A stretch of DNA of 24,000 nucleotides from Heyndrickxia vini. GTDB lineage: Bacteria > Bacillota > Bacilli > Bacillales > Bacillaceae_C. Within the stretch, counting starts at the first letter, position 1. Each line of letters begins with the position of its first letter. Below are positions 8,246 to 17,393 of this stretch, piece after piece. The notes beneath the pieces were generated by a model. The model saw only the letters and a list, made by a program, of their open reading frames with translations, was not told the DNA's origin and made no database searches. The translations under genes were made by a program, and so were the position numbers. The stretch covers positions 1,680,653-1,704,652 of the forward strand of contig NZ_CP065425.1 of the NCBI RefSeq assembly GCF_016772275.1, written 5' to 3'.

Positions 8246-8888
8246 TAAAGGTCCGATCGATTGGATTAAAGAAAAACTTTTTCAGTCAAATGGAAAAGAT
8301 ACGAGTAAAAAAAGCAAAAAATATCAATATTTTTTAATTGTATTAGTATGCGGAATTGCTTTCATGCTCATCAGTGATATATGGAAAAGCGGAAATAAAG
8401 AAACATCCACATCTGTTTATAGTGCGCCAAATAATCAAAAAGAAGTTGAAACATTTGGATCAGGTAATAAAAATCAAAATAAATCCATGAAAGATTATGA
8501 AATGCAGTTTGAAACAGAGTTAAAGGATGCGTTAGAACAAATATCAGGGGTTGGAAAGGTGCGAGTGATTGTAAATCTAGAAGCCACAGAGAGTAAAGTG
8601 TATGAAAAAAATACAGTCATTCAAAATCAAACAACGACAGAAACGGATCCAAACGGTGGTGAGCGTAAGATTGAAGATTTATCGAAAGATGAGAAGCTCG
8701 TTGTGATTAGGGATGGAGATAAAGAAGTACCATTAGTTACAGAAACAAAAAAACCAGCTATTCGAGGCGTTCTTGTTATAGCTGATGGGGCCAAAAATGT
8801 ATTCATTAAAAGCACCATCATTGAAGCAGTATCAAGAGTTTTAGATGTTCCGAGCCATCGTGTATCTGTTCAACCTAAAAAAAGCTAA
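8235..8888 (+). CDS. spoIIIAG: SpoIIIAG
   Basis: 217-aa ORF overlapping spoIIIAF by 11 nt; ISGVGKVRVIVNLEATESKVYEKN and RGVLVIADGAKN...IIEAVSRVLDVPSHRVSV motifs. Confidence 0.95.
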   Translation: MSNNKGPIDWIKEKLFQSNGKDTSKKSKKYQYFLIVLVCGIAFMLISDIWKSGNKETSTSVYSAPNNQKEVETFGSGNKNQNKSMKDYEMQFETELKDALEQISGVGKVRVIVNLEATESKVYEKNTVIQNQTTTETDPNGGERKIEDLSKDEKLVVIRDGDKEVPLVTETKKPAIRGVLVIADGAKNVFIKSTIIEAVSRVLDVPSHRVSVQPKKS

Positions 8889-8901
8889 GGGGGATATATC
8901 T

Positions 8902-9444
8902 ATGTTATTAAAAAAACAAACAGTATGGTTATTAACAATGCTAAGTTTAGTCGTCGTTTTATCAGTTTACTATGTCACTTCCGAACCAAAACAATCGGAT
9001 ATGGCAGCAGTTGAGAGCAAAGATGGTAAAGAGGCGACAAAGAGTAAAGAAACTTCCAAAAAAGCAAGTAATAAAAGTGTTGTAACTGAATCCGCAGATG
9101 ATCAAGTATTTGAACAAATCCGTCTTCAAATTAACGATGCTAGAAGTAAGCTTAGAGAAGATTTAACAACAAAGGCAGCTTCCACCGATTTATCCGCCGA
9201 TGAAAGAAGTCAAGCACTTGATGAAATGAAAAAATTAACAGAAATTGCACAAACGGAAAAGGTGCTAGAAAATTTAATTAAATCAAAAGGGTATGAGGAT
9301 GTCTTGGTTAATGCAGATGGAGATGAAATGAAAATCACAGTCAAAGCAAAAGACCATGATAAAAAAGCAGCAAACCAAATTGTGCGCCTGGTGACTGAAC
9401 AATTAGGTAATTTACAAAATGTTGCCGTAAATTTTCAACCTTAA
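8902..9444 (+). CDS. spoIIIAH: SpoIIIAH
   Basis: MLLKKQTVWLLTMLSLVVVLSVYYVTSEP... then coiled-coil and ring-building motif region; SD aaggggg precedes ATG 8902, which is preferred over the track start 8845 (overlaps spoIIIAG). Confidence 0.95.
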   Translation: MLLKKQTVWLLTMLSLVVVLSVYYVTSEPKQSDMAAVESKDGKEATKSKETSKKASNKSVVTESADDQVFEQIRLQINDARSKLREDLTTKAASTDLSADERSQALDEMKKLTEIAQTEKVLENLIKSKGYEDVLVNADGDEMKITVKAKDHDKKAANQIVRLVTEQLGNLQNVAVNFQP

Positions 9445-9487
9445 AAAGAAATAAAGTCCCTTTTTGACAAGGGACTTTATTTCTTTT
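9445..9487 (+). terminator. Rho-independent terminator of the spoIIIA operon
   Basis: AAAGAAATAAAGTCCC-tttttgacaa-GGGACTTTATTTCTTTTT. Confidence 0.93.
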
Positions 9488-9542
9488 TATAGACATTGAT
9501 AGAGTAGGATATTCGTTTGTTGTTATTCAGATATTGAATTTT

Positions 9543-9570
9543 TACTAACTATTATCGTATGATATTAGTA
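9543..9570. promoter_or_regulatory. Inverted repeat upstream of accB
   Basis: TACTAA[ctat]TATC-gtat-GATATTAGTA: 10-bp stem with a 4-nt asymmetric bulge. Confidence 0.45.
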
Positions 9571-9608
9571 GCAAGTCATAAGCTAGCAAAATCTAAATTT
9601 ATAGATGT

Positions 9609-9638
9609 TTGACATTGATGGTGTTTCAGCGGGATAAT
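9609..9638 (+). promoter_or_regulatory. Candidate SigA promoter for accBC
   Basis: Perfect -35 TTGACA (9609-9614), 18-nt spacer, GATAAT (9633-9638), about 40 nt before the accB ATG. Confidence 0.65.
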
Positions 9639-9677
9639 AATCATAGCTGACAAATTCAAAAAGAGGTGTAATTTATT

Positions 9678-10166
9678 ATGAAAATACAAGAAATTCGTGA
9701 ATTAATCAAACTTGTGGATCAATCAAGTATTGATGAAATTGAAATTGAAAATGATGGTTCAATTATTAAAATGAAAAAACAATCCGGGGTAACATTGGTT
9801 GAAACACCACTTGTTACGAATGTTCCAACTCAGCAAGTTGTACAGGCACCAGTAGCTCAACCTGTTGTAGCGGAAGTGAAACAAGAAGCTGAACAAGTTC
9901 AACCACAAGCTATTGCTGACGAAAATTTACATAAAATTGTTTCTCCAATGGTAGGTACTTTCTATCAATCGCCTTCACCAGATAGTGGTGCATATGTTAA
10001 GGTTGGTTCAAAAGTTCAACCAGATTCAGTTGTTTGTATTGTCGAAGCAATGAAACTATTTAATGAAATTGAAGCGGAAGTTGAAGGAGAAATCGTCGAA
10101 ATCCTAGTAAATGACGGTCAACTGGTTGAATATGGACAACCTTTATTCTTGGTGAAGTCTAAGTAA
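9678..10166 (+). CDS. accB: Acetyl-CoA carboxylase biotin carboxyl carrier protein
   Basis: 162-aa ORF; Pro/Ala/Val/Gln-rich linker; biotinylation motif [12 protein letters not shown]. Confidence 0.98.
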   Translation: MKIQEIRELIKLVDQSSIDEIEIENDGSIIKMKKQSGVTLVETPLVTNVPTQQVVQAPVAQPVVAEVKQEAEQVQPQAIADENLHKIVSPMVGTFYQSPSPDSGAYVKVGSKVQPDSVVCIVEAMKLFNEIEAEVEGEIVEILVNDGQLVEYGQPLFLVKSK

Positions 10167-10179
10167 GGAGCGAACTTCA

Positions 10180-11529
10180 ATGATAAAAAAAGTTTTAATC
10201 GCAAATCGCGGTGAGATAGCTGTGCGTATTATTCGTGCTTGTCGTGATTTAGGAATCGAAGCAGTTGCCGTTTATTCAGAGGCCGATAAAGACGCGTTGC
10301 ATGTACAACTAGCTGACGAAGCCTATTGCATAGGTCCTAAATCTTCAAAAGACAGCTATTTAAACGTAACAAATATTATAAGTGTTGCGAAATTAACTGA
10401 ATGTGATGCAATCCATCCGGGATATGGTTTTCTTGCGGAAAATGCTGATTTTGCGGAACTATGCAGAGAGTGTAATATTATCTTTATCGGACCAAGTCCA
10501 GAAGCAATTTCGAAAATGGGAACAAAGGATATTGCCAGAGAAACGATGAAGGAAGCTGGTGTACCGATTGTTCCAGGGTCACAAGGAATTATCAATGACA
10601 CAAATGAAGCCATTGAACTAGCTAATTCAATGGGGTATCCTGTTATTATAAAAGCAACGGCTGGCGGTGGCGGTAAAGGAATCCGCATTGCGAATAATGA
10701 AGAAGAGCTAGTTAAAGGAATTAATATTACTCAACAGGAGGCTGCTACTGCATTTGGTAATCCAGGTGTTTATATTGAAAAATATATCCAAGACTTCCGC
10801 CATGTTGAGATACAAGTAATGGCAGATCAACATGGAAATGTGATCCACTTAGGCGAAAGAGATTGTTCGATACAAAGAAGATTACAAAAATTATTAGAAG
10901 AGTCACCATCCCCAGCACTCACGCCAGAAATACGTGAAAAAATGGGAGAAGCAGCTGTTAAAGCAGCAAAAGCAGTTGATTATACAGGTGCCGGAACAAT
11001 TGAATTTATTTATGATTATCGAAAACAAATTTTCTATTTCATGGAAATGAATACGAGAATTCAAGTAGAACACCCAGTTACTGAATTAGTTACTGGTGTA
11101 GACCTAGTTAAAGAGCAAATACTTGTTGCATCCGGTAAACCGTTATCCATTAAACAGGAAGATGTGACATTTACAGGATGGGCAATTGAATGTCGAATAA
11201 ATGCTGAAAACCCTGCTAAGAACTTCATGCCATCTGCAGGGAAAATTGAAATGTATTTACCGCCAGGTGGGTTAGGCATTCGAATCGATTCTGCTGCATA
11301 TCCTGGATATGAGATCCCTCCATATTATGATTCCATGATTGCTAAGGTGATATCATATGGCGCAACGAGGGAAGAAGCCATTGCAAGAATGAAACGGGCT
11401 TTAAGTGAATTTGCGGTTGAAGGTGTTTATACTACAATTCCATTTCACTTAAGATTGTTAGAACATGAAACCTTTGTAAAAGGTGACTTTAATACGAAGT
11501 TTTTAGAGATATACGATCTAATGAAATAA
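10180..11529 (+). CDS. accC: Acetyl-CoA carboxylase biotin carboxylase subunit
   Basis: 449-aa ORF; [58 protein letters not shown]. Confidence 0.98.
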   Translation: MIKKVLIANRGEIAVRIIRACRDLGIEAVAVYSEADKDALHVQLADEAYCIGPKSSKDSYLNVTNIISVAKLTECDAIHPGYGFLAENADFAELCRECNIIFIGPSPEAISKMGTKDIARETMKEAGVPIVPGSQGIINDTNEAIELANSMGYPVIIKATAGGGGKGIRIANNEEELVKGINITQQEAATAFGNPGVYIEKYIQDFRHVEIQVMADQHGNVIHLGERDCSIQRRLQKLLEESPSPALTPEIREKMGEAAVKAAKAVDYTGAGTIEFIYDYRKQIFYFMEMNTRIQVEHPVTELVTGVDLVKEQILVASGKPLSIKQEDVTFTGWAIECRINAENPAKNFMPSAGKIEMYLPPGGLGIRIDSAAYPGYEIPPYYDSMIAKVISYGATREEAIARMKRALSEFAVEGVYTTIPFHLRLLEHETFVKGDFNTKFLEIYDLMK

Positions 11530-11555
11530 TTAATCGTACGGAGGTGCTTGATCAT

Positions 11556-11969
11556 ATGGTTGAGACAAATTCAATGCTAGAAATGGACTACGGAAACGAT
11601 GGATTAGGTAAAGTAGAAATCGCACCAGAGGTCATCGAGGTTATTGCTGGAATCGCTGCTTCCGAGGTTGAGGGAGTTGCACAGATGCGTGGGAATTTTG
11701 CTTCTGGTGTTGCTGAAAAACTCGGTAGAAAAAATCATGGAAAAGGTGTTAAAGTAGATTTAACAGACGAAGGAATTGTTATAGACGTATATTGCACAAT
11801 GAATTTTGGTGTTTCGATCCCAACAGTTGCACAAAAGATACAAGATAATATTAGGCAAGCATTATTGAATATGACGGCTTTAGAAGCGAAAGAAATAAAT
11901 ATTCATATAGTAGGGGTTCAATTTGAAACCCAAAAACCTGAAACTGATTTCGAAACGGAAATAATATAA
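11556..11969 (+). CDS. yqhY: Asp23/Gls24 family envelope stress response protein YqhY
   Basis: VEIAPEVIEVIAGIAASEVEGVAQMRG ... VKVDLTDEGIVIDVYCTMNFGVSIPTVAQKIQDNIRQAL typical of DUF322/Asp23. ATG 11556 favoured over GTG 11544, which overlaps the SD. Confidence 0.93.
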   Translation: MVETNSMLEMDYGNDGLGKVEIAPEVIEVIAGIAASEVEGVAQMRGNFASGVAEKLGRKNHGKGVKVDLTDEGIVIDVYCTMNFGVSIPTVAQKIQDNIRQALLNMTALEAKEINIHIVGVQFETQKPETDFETEII

Positions 11970-11975
11970 TTGGAA

Positions 11976-12011
11976 AGGGTAATCCAATCTCTCTTTTGGA
12001 TTACCTTTTTT
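11976..12011 (+). terminator. Rho-independent terminator after yqhY
   Basis: AGGGTAATCCAA-tctctctt-TTGGATTACCTTTTTT. Confidence 0.9.
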
Positions 12012-12054
12012 ATTTGTTCAACTTGTTCAAGTTCAATGTTAATTTTGCAAGTAA

Positions 12055-12182
12055 GTTGATTGGAGCGGAAGGTGCGAGACTCCTGCGGGATATGTGGTTT
12101 CGTAAGACCCCACAGACGCGTTAGCGTCGAGGAGGCTCACGGGCCGCCTCGCGGAAAGCGAGTACCTGCAGCGGAAATCAAC
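12055..12182. repeat. Highly structured Bacillaceae-type intergenic repeat element
   Basis: Core ttGATTGGAGCGGAAGGTGCGAGACTCCTGCGGG...CGAGGAGGCTCACGGGCCGCCTCGCGGAAAGCGAG..CCTGCAGCGGAAATCAAC. Perfect 7-nt terminal inverted repeats GTTGATT / AATCAAC; internal hairpins GACGC-gtta-GCGTC and CTCGC-ggaaa-GCGAG; GC content far above the flanks. Confidence 0.8.
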
Positions 12183-12342
12183 AGCCAAGTTTGAACGGGA
12201 AAGTAAATGTATTTGTATGATCTTCTTATGATAAATGTGCTTTCTTTGTTGTTTTTGTGATATTATCTTTTTAGGAAATGTGTAATTTTACAATGTAACT
12301 GGCGATAATGATATTATTCATGACTAGTTTAAAAGGAGTTTT

Positions 12343-12348
12343 ATGTAA
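12343..12348 (+). promoter_or_regulatory. Start-stop element (ATG TAA) between the SD and start codon of nusB
   Basis: aaaaGGAGttttATGTAAaaATGAAAAGA: SD at 12333-12338, ATG-TAA at 12343-12348, nusB ATG at 12351. Confidence 0.5.
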
Positions 12349-12350
12349 AA

Positions 12351-12743
12351 ATGAAAAGAAGAACTGCTAGAGAAAAAGCACTCCAAGCTTTATTTCAAAT
12401 AGATATAAACGAGGCTGCTCCAGAGGAAGCAATTAAGAATATCTTAAGAGATGAACAAAATGATGATTACTTAAACACTTTGGTAAATGGGACATACGGA
12501 CATATTAAAGAAATAGACGACACGATTTCACGACATTTAGAAAAGTGGACAATTGAACGTTTAGCTAAAGTAGATTTAAATATTTTACGTCTAGGTGTAT
12601 ATGAACTTGTTTATGTACCTGAAGTCCCGGCGAATGTAGCGATCAATGAGGCATTAGAGGTTTCTAAACGGTTTGGTGATGAACGTTCCAGTAAATTTAT
12701 TAATGGTGTGCTTTCAAAAATAAAAGATTCGTTAGAAAATTAA
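12351..12743 (+). CDS. nusB: Transcription antitermination factor NusB
   Basis: MKRRTAREKALQALFQIDI..., INEALEVSKRFGDERSSKFINGVLSKI. Confidence 0.97.
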   Translation: MKRRTAREKALQALFQIDINEAAPEEAIKNILRDEQNDDYLNTLVNGTYGHIKEIDDTISRHLEKWTIERLAKVDLNILRLGVYELVYVPEVPANVAINEALEVSKRFGDERSSKFINGVLSKIKDSLEN

Positions 12744-12802
12744 TACATTTGAATCGATTAATATTTTAACATCGTAAATACGGTAATTAAGTTGTATAAT
12801 GT

Positions 12803-12842
12803 AAACAAAAAGCTGTCTTCCATGGAAGCAGCTTTTGTTTTG
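12803..12842 (+). terminator. Rho-independent terminator after nusB
   Basis: AAACAAAAAGCTGtcTTCCATGGAAgCAGCTTTTGTTTT stem-loop with T-rich 3' side. Confidence 0.8.
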
Positions 12843-12909
12843 TAAAGTAATTTTTGAGGTTATGGACATAAAGCTTATTATATTTTTTATTATAAAAGGA
12901 TGTTTTTGA

Positions 12910-14253
12910 ATGACAACAAAACCCTATCTTACAGTCCATGCATTAACAAAGTACATAAAAAGAAAATTTGATGTTGATCCACATTTAATTAATATTCATG
13001 TAAAAGGTGAAATTTCCAATTATAAGCAACATTCTAGTGGTCATATGTATTTTACATTAAAGGATGACAAAGCTAGAATATTAGCAGTAATGTTTTCGAA
13101 ATCAAACAAAGGATTAAAATTTCAACCTGAAAACGGAATGAATGTTCTTATTCAAGGCCAAATTACCGTATACGAAGGTAGTGGACAATATCAACTATAT
13201 GTGAAGCAAATGCAACCTGATGGAGTTGGCGAATTATATTTAGCCTATGAACAACTTAAAACTAGACTTAGTCAGGAAGGCTTATTTGCAGCGGAAAGAA
13301 AAAGAAAATTACCGCCCTATCCAAAAAATATTGGTGTTATTACCTCTCCAACCGGTGCTGCAGTTAGAGATATAATCTCTACAATAAAACGGCGGTATCC
13401 AATCGGAAAAATTAAATTAATACCTGCATTAGTTCAGGGGGAAAATGCAGCAAAATCAATTTCAGATGCGATTAAAAAGATGAATGAAATGAGAGAAATA
13501 GATGTATTGATCGTTGGTCGTGGGGGGGGATCAATAGAGGAGTTATGGGCATTTAATGAAGAAATAGTCGCCCGGGCGATTTTTGAATCAAAGATCCCTA
13601 TTATATCTGCTGTAGGACATGAAACAGATTTTACAATTGCGGATTTTGTCGCCGACTTAAGGGCTCCAACCCCAACTGGTGCTGCTGAGATAGCTGTACC
13701 ACATATCGAAGAAATTATGGAAAAATTATTAAATCGAAAGTCTAGACTAATTAGAGGATTTTCCGAAATCGTCCAACATCAACGAAAAAGACTTCAATTT
13801 ATTAATCGATCCTATGTTTTTCGAAACCCTAATCGATTGTATGAGCAAAAAATGGAATATTTGGATTACCTAGCAGAGCGATTGACACGGCAAATGAATA
13901 AAACGGTGCAACACGAATCGACAGGTTATGAACAACTAGCAAAAAGGCTTCAAAGAAATCAGCCTCATCAATTACTTGAACGCGGAAAAGAAAAACATGT
14001 ACAGTTAAATAAAGAATTAAAAAATGGTTTACAAGCGATATTACAATCAAAACAACAAGCGTTTTCGAAAGCGATTACTGCATTGGAGGCGTTAAGCCCC
14101 CTAAAAGTAATGGAACGAGGTTATAGCTTGGCGTACACTTCAGAAAAAGAAATTATAAAAAGTATCGAACAAACCTCAAAGGGTGAAGAAATTCAAGTAA
14201 TGGTTTCGGACGGAAAAATCATTTGTTCGGTTGAAAATATTGAAAAGGGATGA
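12910..14253 (+). CDS. xseA: Exodeoxyribonuclease VII large subunit
   Basis: YLTVHALTKYIKRKFDVDPHLINIHVKGEISNYKQHSSGHMYFTLKDD, LIVGRGGGSIEELWAFNEE, ISAVGHETDFTIADFVADLRAPTPTGAAE. Confidence 0.98.
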   Translation: MTTKPYLTVHALTKYIKRKFDVDPHLINIHVKGEISNYKQHSSGHMYFTLKDDKARILAVMFSKSNKGLKFQPENGMNVLIQGQITVYEGSGQYQLYVKQMQPDGVGELYLAYEQLKTRLSQEGLFAAERKRKLPPYPKNIGVITSPTGAAVRDIISTIKRRYPIGKIKLIPALVQGENAAKSISDAIKKMNEMREIDVLIVGRGGGSIEELWAFNEEIVARAIFESKIPIISAVGHETDFTIADFVADLRAPTPTGAAEIAVPHIEEIMEKLLNRKSRLIRGFSEIVQHQRKRLQFINRSYVFRNPNRLYEQKMEYLDYLAERLTRQMNKTVQHESTGYEQLAKRLQRNQPHQLLERGKEKHVQLNKELKNGLQAILQSKQQAFSKAITALEALSPLKVMERGYSLAYTSEKEIIKSIEQTSKGEEIQVMVSDGKIICSVENIEKG

Positions 14254-14260
14254 GTGAAAA

Positions 14261-14485
14261 ATGGAAACGCAATTATCTTTTGAAGAAGCAATGGAACAGT
14301 TAGAAGTTATTGTCCAGCGGTTAGAAGAGGGGGATGTACCCTTAGAAGAAGCACTAACGATTTATAAAAAAGGAATGGGGCTTTCGAAGCTTTGTCATGA
14401 TAAACTAAAAATGGTAGAAGAACAATTAACTAGTGTAATTACCGAAAATGGAGAAGAGGAGTTTACAATTAAAGAGGAGGAGTAG
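14261..14485 (+). CDS. xseB: Exodeoxyribonuclease VII small subunit
   Basis: LSFEEAMEQLEVIVQRLEEGDVPLEEALTIYKKGMGLSKLCHDKL; directly follows xseA. Confidence 0.97.
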   Translation: METQLSFEEAMEQLEVIVQRLEEGDVPLEEALTIYKKGMGLSKLCHDKLKMVEEQLTSVITENGEEEFTIKEEE

Positions 14486-14487
14486 AA

Positions 14488-15375
14488 TTGGATTTACATA
14501 ATTTAAAATCATTTATGGGGAATGTGAACGACCTACTGGAAACAGAACTTTCCCAGGCTATTCTGAAATTATATGCTCCTCAAAAAATAAAGGATGCCAT
14601 GGATTATTCGCTTCAAGCAGGAGGAAAACGAATTCGACCGACATTGCTTTTGGCTACTTTAAAAGCGTTTGGAAAAGAAGTGGAAAATGGACTGAAAACT
14701 GCTTGCGCATTAGAAATGGTTCATACATATTCACTTATTCATGATGACTTACCTGCGATGGATAACGATGATCTACGACGTGGAAAACCAACTAATCATA
14801 AAGTGTTTGGTGAAGCTTATTCTATTTTAGCGGGAGATGGATTACTTACATATAGTTTTCAAATGATTGCACAGGATTCGAGTTTATCAAGCGAACAAAA
14901 GGTGAAAATCATTGAACTATTGGCGATTGCTGCTGGTCCTGAAGGCATGGTCGGTGGACAAGTAGCAGACATGCTTGGTGAAAAACGACTGTTATCAATT
15001 GAGGAATTAGAATATATTCACAAAAATAAGACAGGAAAACTTCTAACATTCAGTGCGATTGCAGGTGCAATCATAGCTGGTGCATCGAATGAACAAATTG
15101 ATATGTTAGAAAAGTATGCAGAAAATATTGGTTTGGCCTTTCAAATCCGTGACGATATTTTAGATATCGAAGGAAAAGAAGAAATCATTGGTAAGCCGGT
15201 GGGAAGCGATGAGGGGAATGTTAAAAGCACATATCCATCATTATTAACGTTAGATGGTGCGAAGGAACGACTCCATTATCATACGAATCTTGCAAAAGAT
15301 ATGCTTCAAAATCTGAATCTTGATACTAAGCTTCTAGAAGAACTTGCTGAATTAATTGAAGTAAGAAATCATTAA
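14488..15375 (+). CDS. ispA: Geranyl/farnesyl diphosphate synthase
   Basis: 295-aa ORF from TTG; DDLPAMDNDDLRRGKPTNHK and FQIRDDILDIEG aspartate-rich motifs. Confidence 0.96.
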   Translation: MDLHNLKSFMGNVNDLLETELSQAILKLYAPQKIKDAMDYSLQAGGKRIRPTLLLATLKAFGKEVENGLKTACALEMVHTYSLIHDDLPAMDNDDLRRGKPTNHKVFGEAYSILAGDGLLTYSFQMIAQDSSLSSEQKVKIIELLAIAAGPEGMVGGQVADMLGEKRLLSIEELEYIHKNKTGKLLTFSAIAGAIIAGASNEQIDMLEKYAENIGLAFQIRDDILDIEGKEEIIGKPVGSDEGNVKSTYPSLLTLDGAKERLHYHTNLAKDMLQNLNLDTKLLEELAELIEVRNH

Positions 15376-15408
15376 AATAGGGTATAGAATGAGTATGTAT
15401 GTAAAATA

Positions 15409-15417
15409 TGTTATAAT
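15409..15417 (+). promoter_or_regulatory. Candidate extended -10 promoter upstream of dxs
   Basis: TGtTATAAT (TGn + perfect TATAAT) in the 122-bp ispA-dxs gap; no good -35 at 17 nt, consistent with an extended -10 type. Confidence 0.45.
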
Positions 15418-15497
15418 ACAGTAATCTTATCATCCGACAATTATCGTACTCAGGATATCTAAAGTAAAATCTATGAAATGAAAGTGAGTGATCCATT

Positions 15498-17393
15498 TTG
15501 GATCTATTATCAATTAAGGACCCTTCCTTTCTAAAAGAAATGAATATTGATCAATTAAAAGAATTAAGTAGTGATATTCGTCATTTCTTAATTGAAAATC
15601 TATCTAAAACAGGCGGACATATTGGACCAAATTTGGGTGTGGTAGAATTAACGATTGCCCTTCATAAATGTTTTGATAGTCCGAAGGATAAATTTATTTG
15701 GGATGTTGGTCATCAATCTTATGTGCACAAAATATTAACAGGTCGTGCAGATCAATTTTCTACGTTAAGACAGTATCAGGGATTATCTGGATTCCCGAAA
15801 ATGTGTGAAAGTGAACATGATGTGTGGGAAACCGGACACTCATCCACGTCCTTATCTGCTGCAATGGGAATGGCTATTGCCCGGGATTTAAAAGGTGAAA
15901 AGTCATTTATTGTACCAATCATTGGGGATGGAGCCCTTACAGGCGGAATGGCCTTAGAAGCATTAAATCATATCGGACACGAAAAAAAGGATTTACTTGT
16001 TGTCTTAAATGATAACGAAATGTCCATTGCTCCTAATGTGGGTGCTTTGCATAATATTTTGGGACGACTACGTACGGCAAATAAATATCAATGGGCAAAA
16101 GACGAACTAGAGAATTTGCTGAAAAAAATTCCTGCGGTTGGCGGAAAACTTGCTGCTACTGCCGAAAGACTTAAAGATAGTATGAAGTATTTTCTTGTTT
16201 CAGGAATGTTTTTTGAGGAATTAGGGTTCACCTATTTAGGTCCTGTAGATGGACATAATTACGAAGCTCTATTTGAGCAATTACAATATGCAAAGAAAAC
16301 GAAGGGGCCAATTCTATTACATGTAATCACGAAAAAAGGAAAAGGATATAAGCCTGCTGAAAATGATACGATTGGTACATGGCATGGTACCGGCCAATAT
16401 AAAATTGAAACCGGTGACTTAATTAAACCGGTCAATGCACCACCGGCATGGAGTAAACTTGTTAGTGATACGGTTTTAAAACTCGCTAAAAAGGATGAGC
16501 GTATTGTTGCAATAACACCTGCTATGCCTGTAGGATCAAAGCTTGAAAAATTTGCTGAAGAATTTCCTAATCGTATGTACGATGTAGGGATTGCTGAACA
16601 ACATGCTGCTACGGTAGCAGCTGGATTAGCCACACAGGACATGAAACCATTTTTAGCTATTTACTCTACATTTTTACAAAGGGCTTATGATCAAGTAGTT
16701 CACGATATCTGCCGTCAAAATCTTAATGTTTTCATAGGAATTGATCGTGCAGGATTAGTCGGAGCAGATGGAGAAACACATCAGGGTGTATTTGATATTG
16801 CATTTCTTCGTCATATACCAAATATGGTTCTTATGATGCCTAAAGATGAAAACGAAGGACAACATATGGTTAATACTGCGATTAAATACAATGATGGTCC
16901 GATTGCAATGAGATTTCCACGTGGAAATGGATATGGCGTACCAATGGATGAGGCATTAAGAACGATTCCGATTGGTACATGGGAAACTCTTCGAGAAGGA
17001 AAGGATGCAGCCATTTTGACGTTTGGTACGACAATCCCTATGGCACTTGAAGCTGCTAATCTCCTTCAAAAACAAGGTTTATCCATCAAAGTAATCAATG
17101 CACGTTTTATTAAACCATTAGATGAAAAGATGTTAAAAGAATTATTAGAAACAAATATGCCTATTTTAACAATCGAAGAAGCAGTTTTACAAGGTGGATT
17201 CGGCAGTGCAGTACTTGAATTTGCACATAGTCAAAAATTCACAAATGTTATTGATTGCATGGGCATTCCTGATAAATTTATTGAACACGGAAGTGTCAAT
17301 GAATTACTTAGAGAAATTGGCTTAACAAAGGAAGAGGTTGTAAAAGAATTCAAGCCTTTTCACCTAAAATACAAAAAAGGGCATGACATATGA
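15498..17393 (+). CDS. dxs: 1-deoxy-D-xylulose-5-phosphate synthase
   Basis: 631-aa ORF from TTG: [77 protein letters not shown]. Confidence 0.98.
   Translation: MDLLSIKDPSFLKEMNIDQLKELSSDIRHFLIENLSKTGGHIGPNLGVVELTIALHKCFDSPKDKFIWDVGHQSYVHKILTGRADQFSTLRQYQGLSGFPKMCESEHDVWETGHSSTSLSAAMGMAIARDLKGEKSFIVPIIGDGALTGGMALEALNHIGHEKKDLLVVLNDNEMSIAPNVGALHNILGRLRTANKYQWAKDELENLLKKIPAVGGKLAATAERLKDSMKYFLVSGMFFEELGFTYLGPVDGHNYEALFEQLQYAKKTKGPILLHVITKKGKGYKPAENDTIGTWHGTGQYKIETGDLIKPVNAPPAWSKLVSDTVLKLAKKDERIVAITPAMPVGSKLEKFAEEFPNRMYDVGIAEQHAATVAAGLATQDMKPFLAIYSTFLQRAYDQVVHDICRQNLNVFIGIDRAGLVGADGETHQGVFDIAFLRHIPNMVLMMPKDENEGQHMVNTAIKYNDGPIAMRFPRGNGYGVPMDEALRTIPIGTWETLREGKDAAILTFGTTIPMALEAANLLQKQGLSIKVINARFIKPLDEKMLKELLETNMPILTIEEAVLQGGFGSAVLEFAHSQKFTNVIDCMGIPDKFIEHGSVNELLREIGLTKEEVVKEFKPFHLKYKKGHDI

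Noticed and set aside
5096-8821. Minus-strand ORFs 5096-5365, 5372-5560, 5561-5821, 6172-6399, 6969-7565, 7522-7749, 8627-8821
   Set aside because: All are antisense shadows of the spoIIIA operon. The 198-aa one (6969-7565) is long but has the compositional bias expected from the complement of TM-coding DNA and no RBS-supported context.
10356-11279. Minus ORFs 10356-10688 and 11061-11279
   Set aside because: Antisense within the highly conserved accC.
13829-14050. Minus ORF within xseA
   Set aside because: Antisense shadow, no supporting features.
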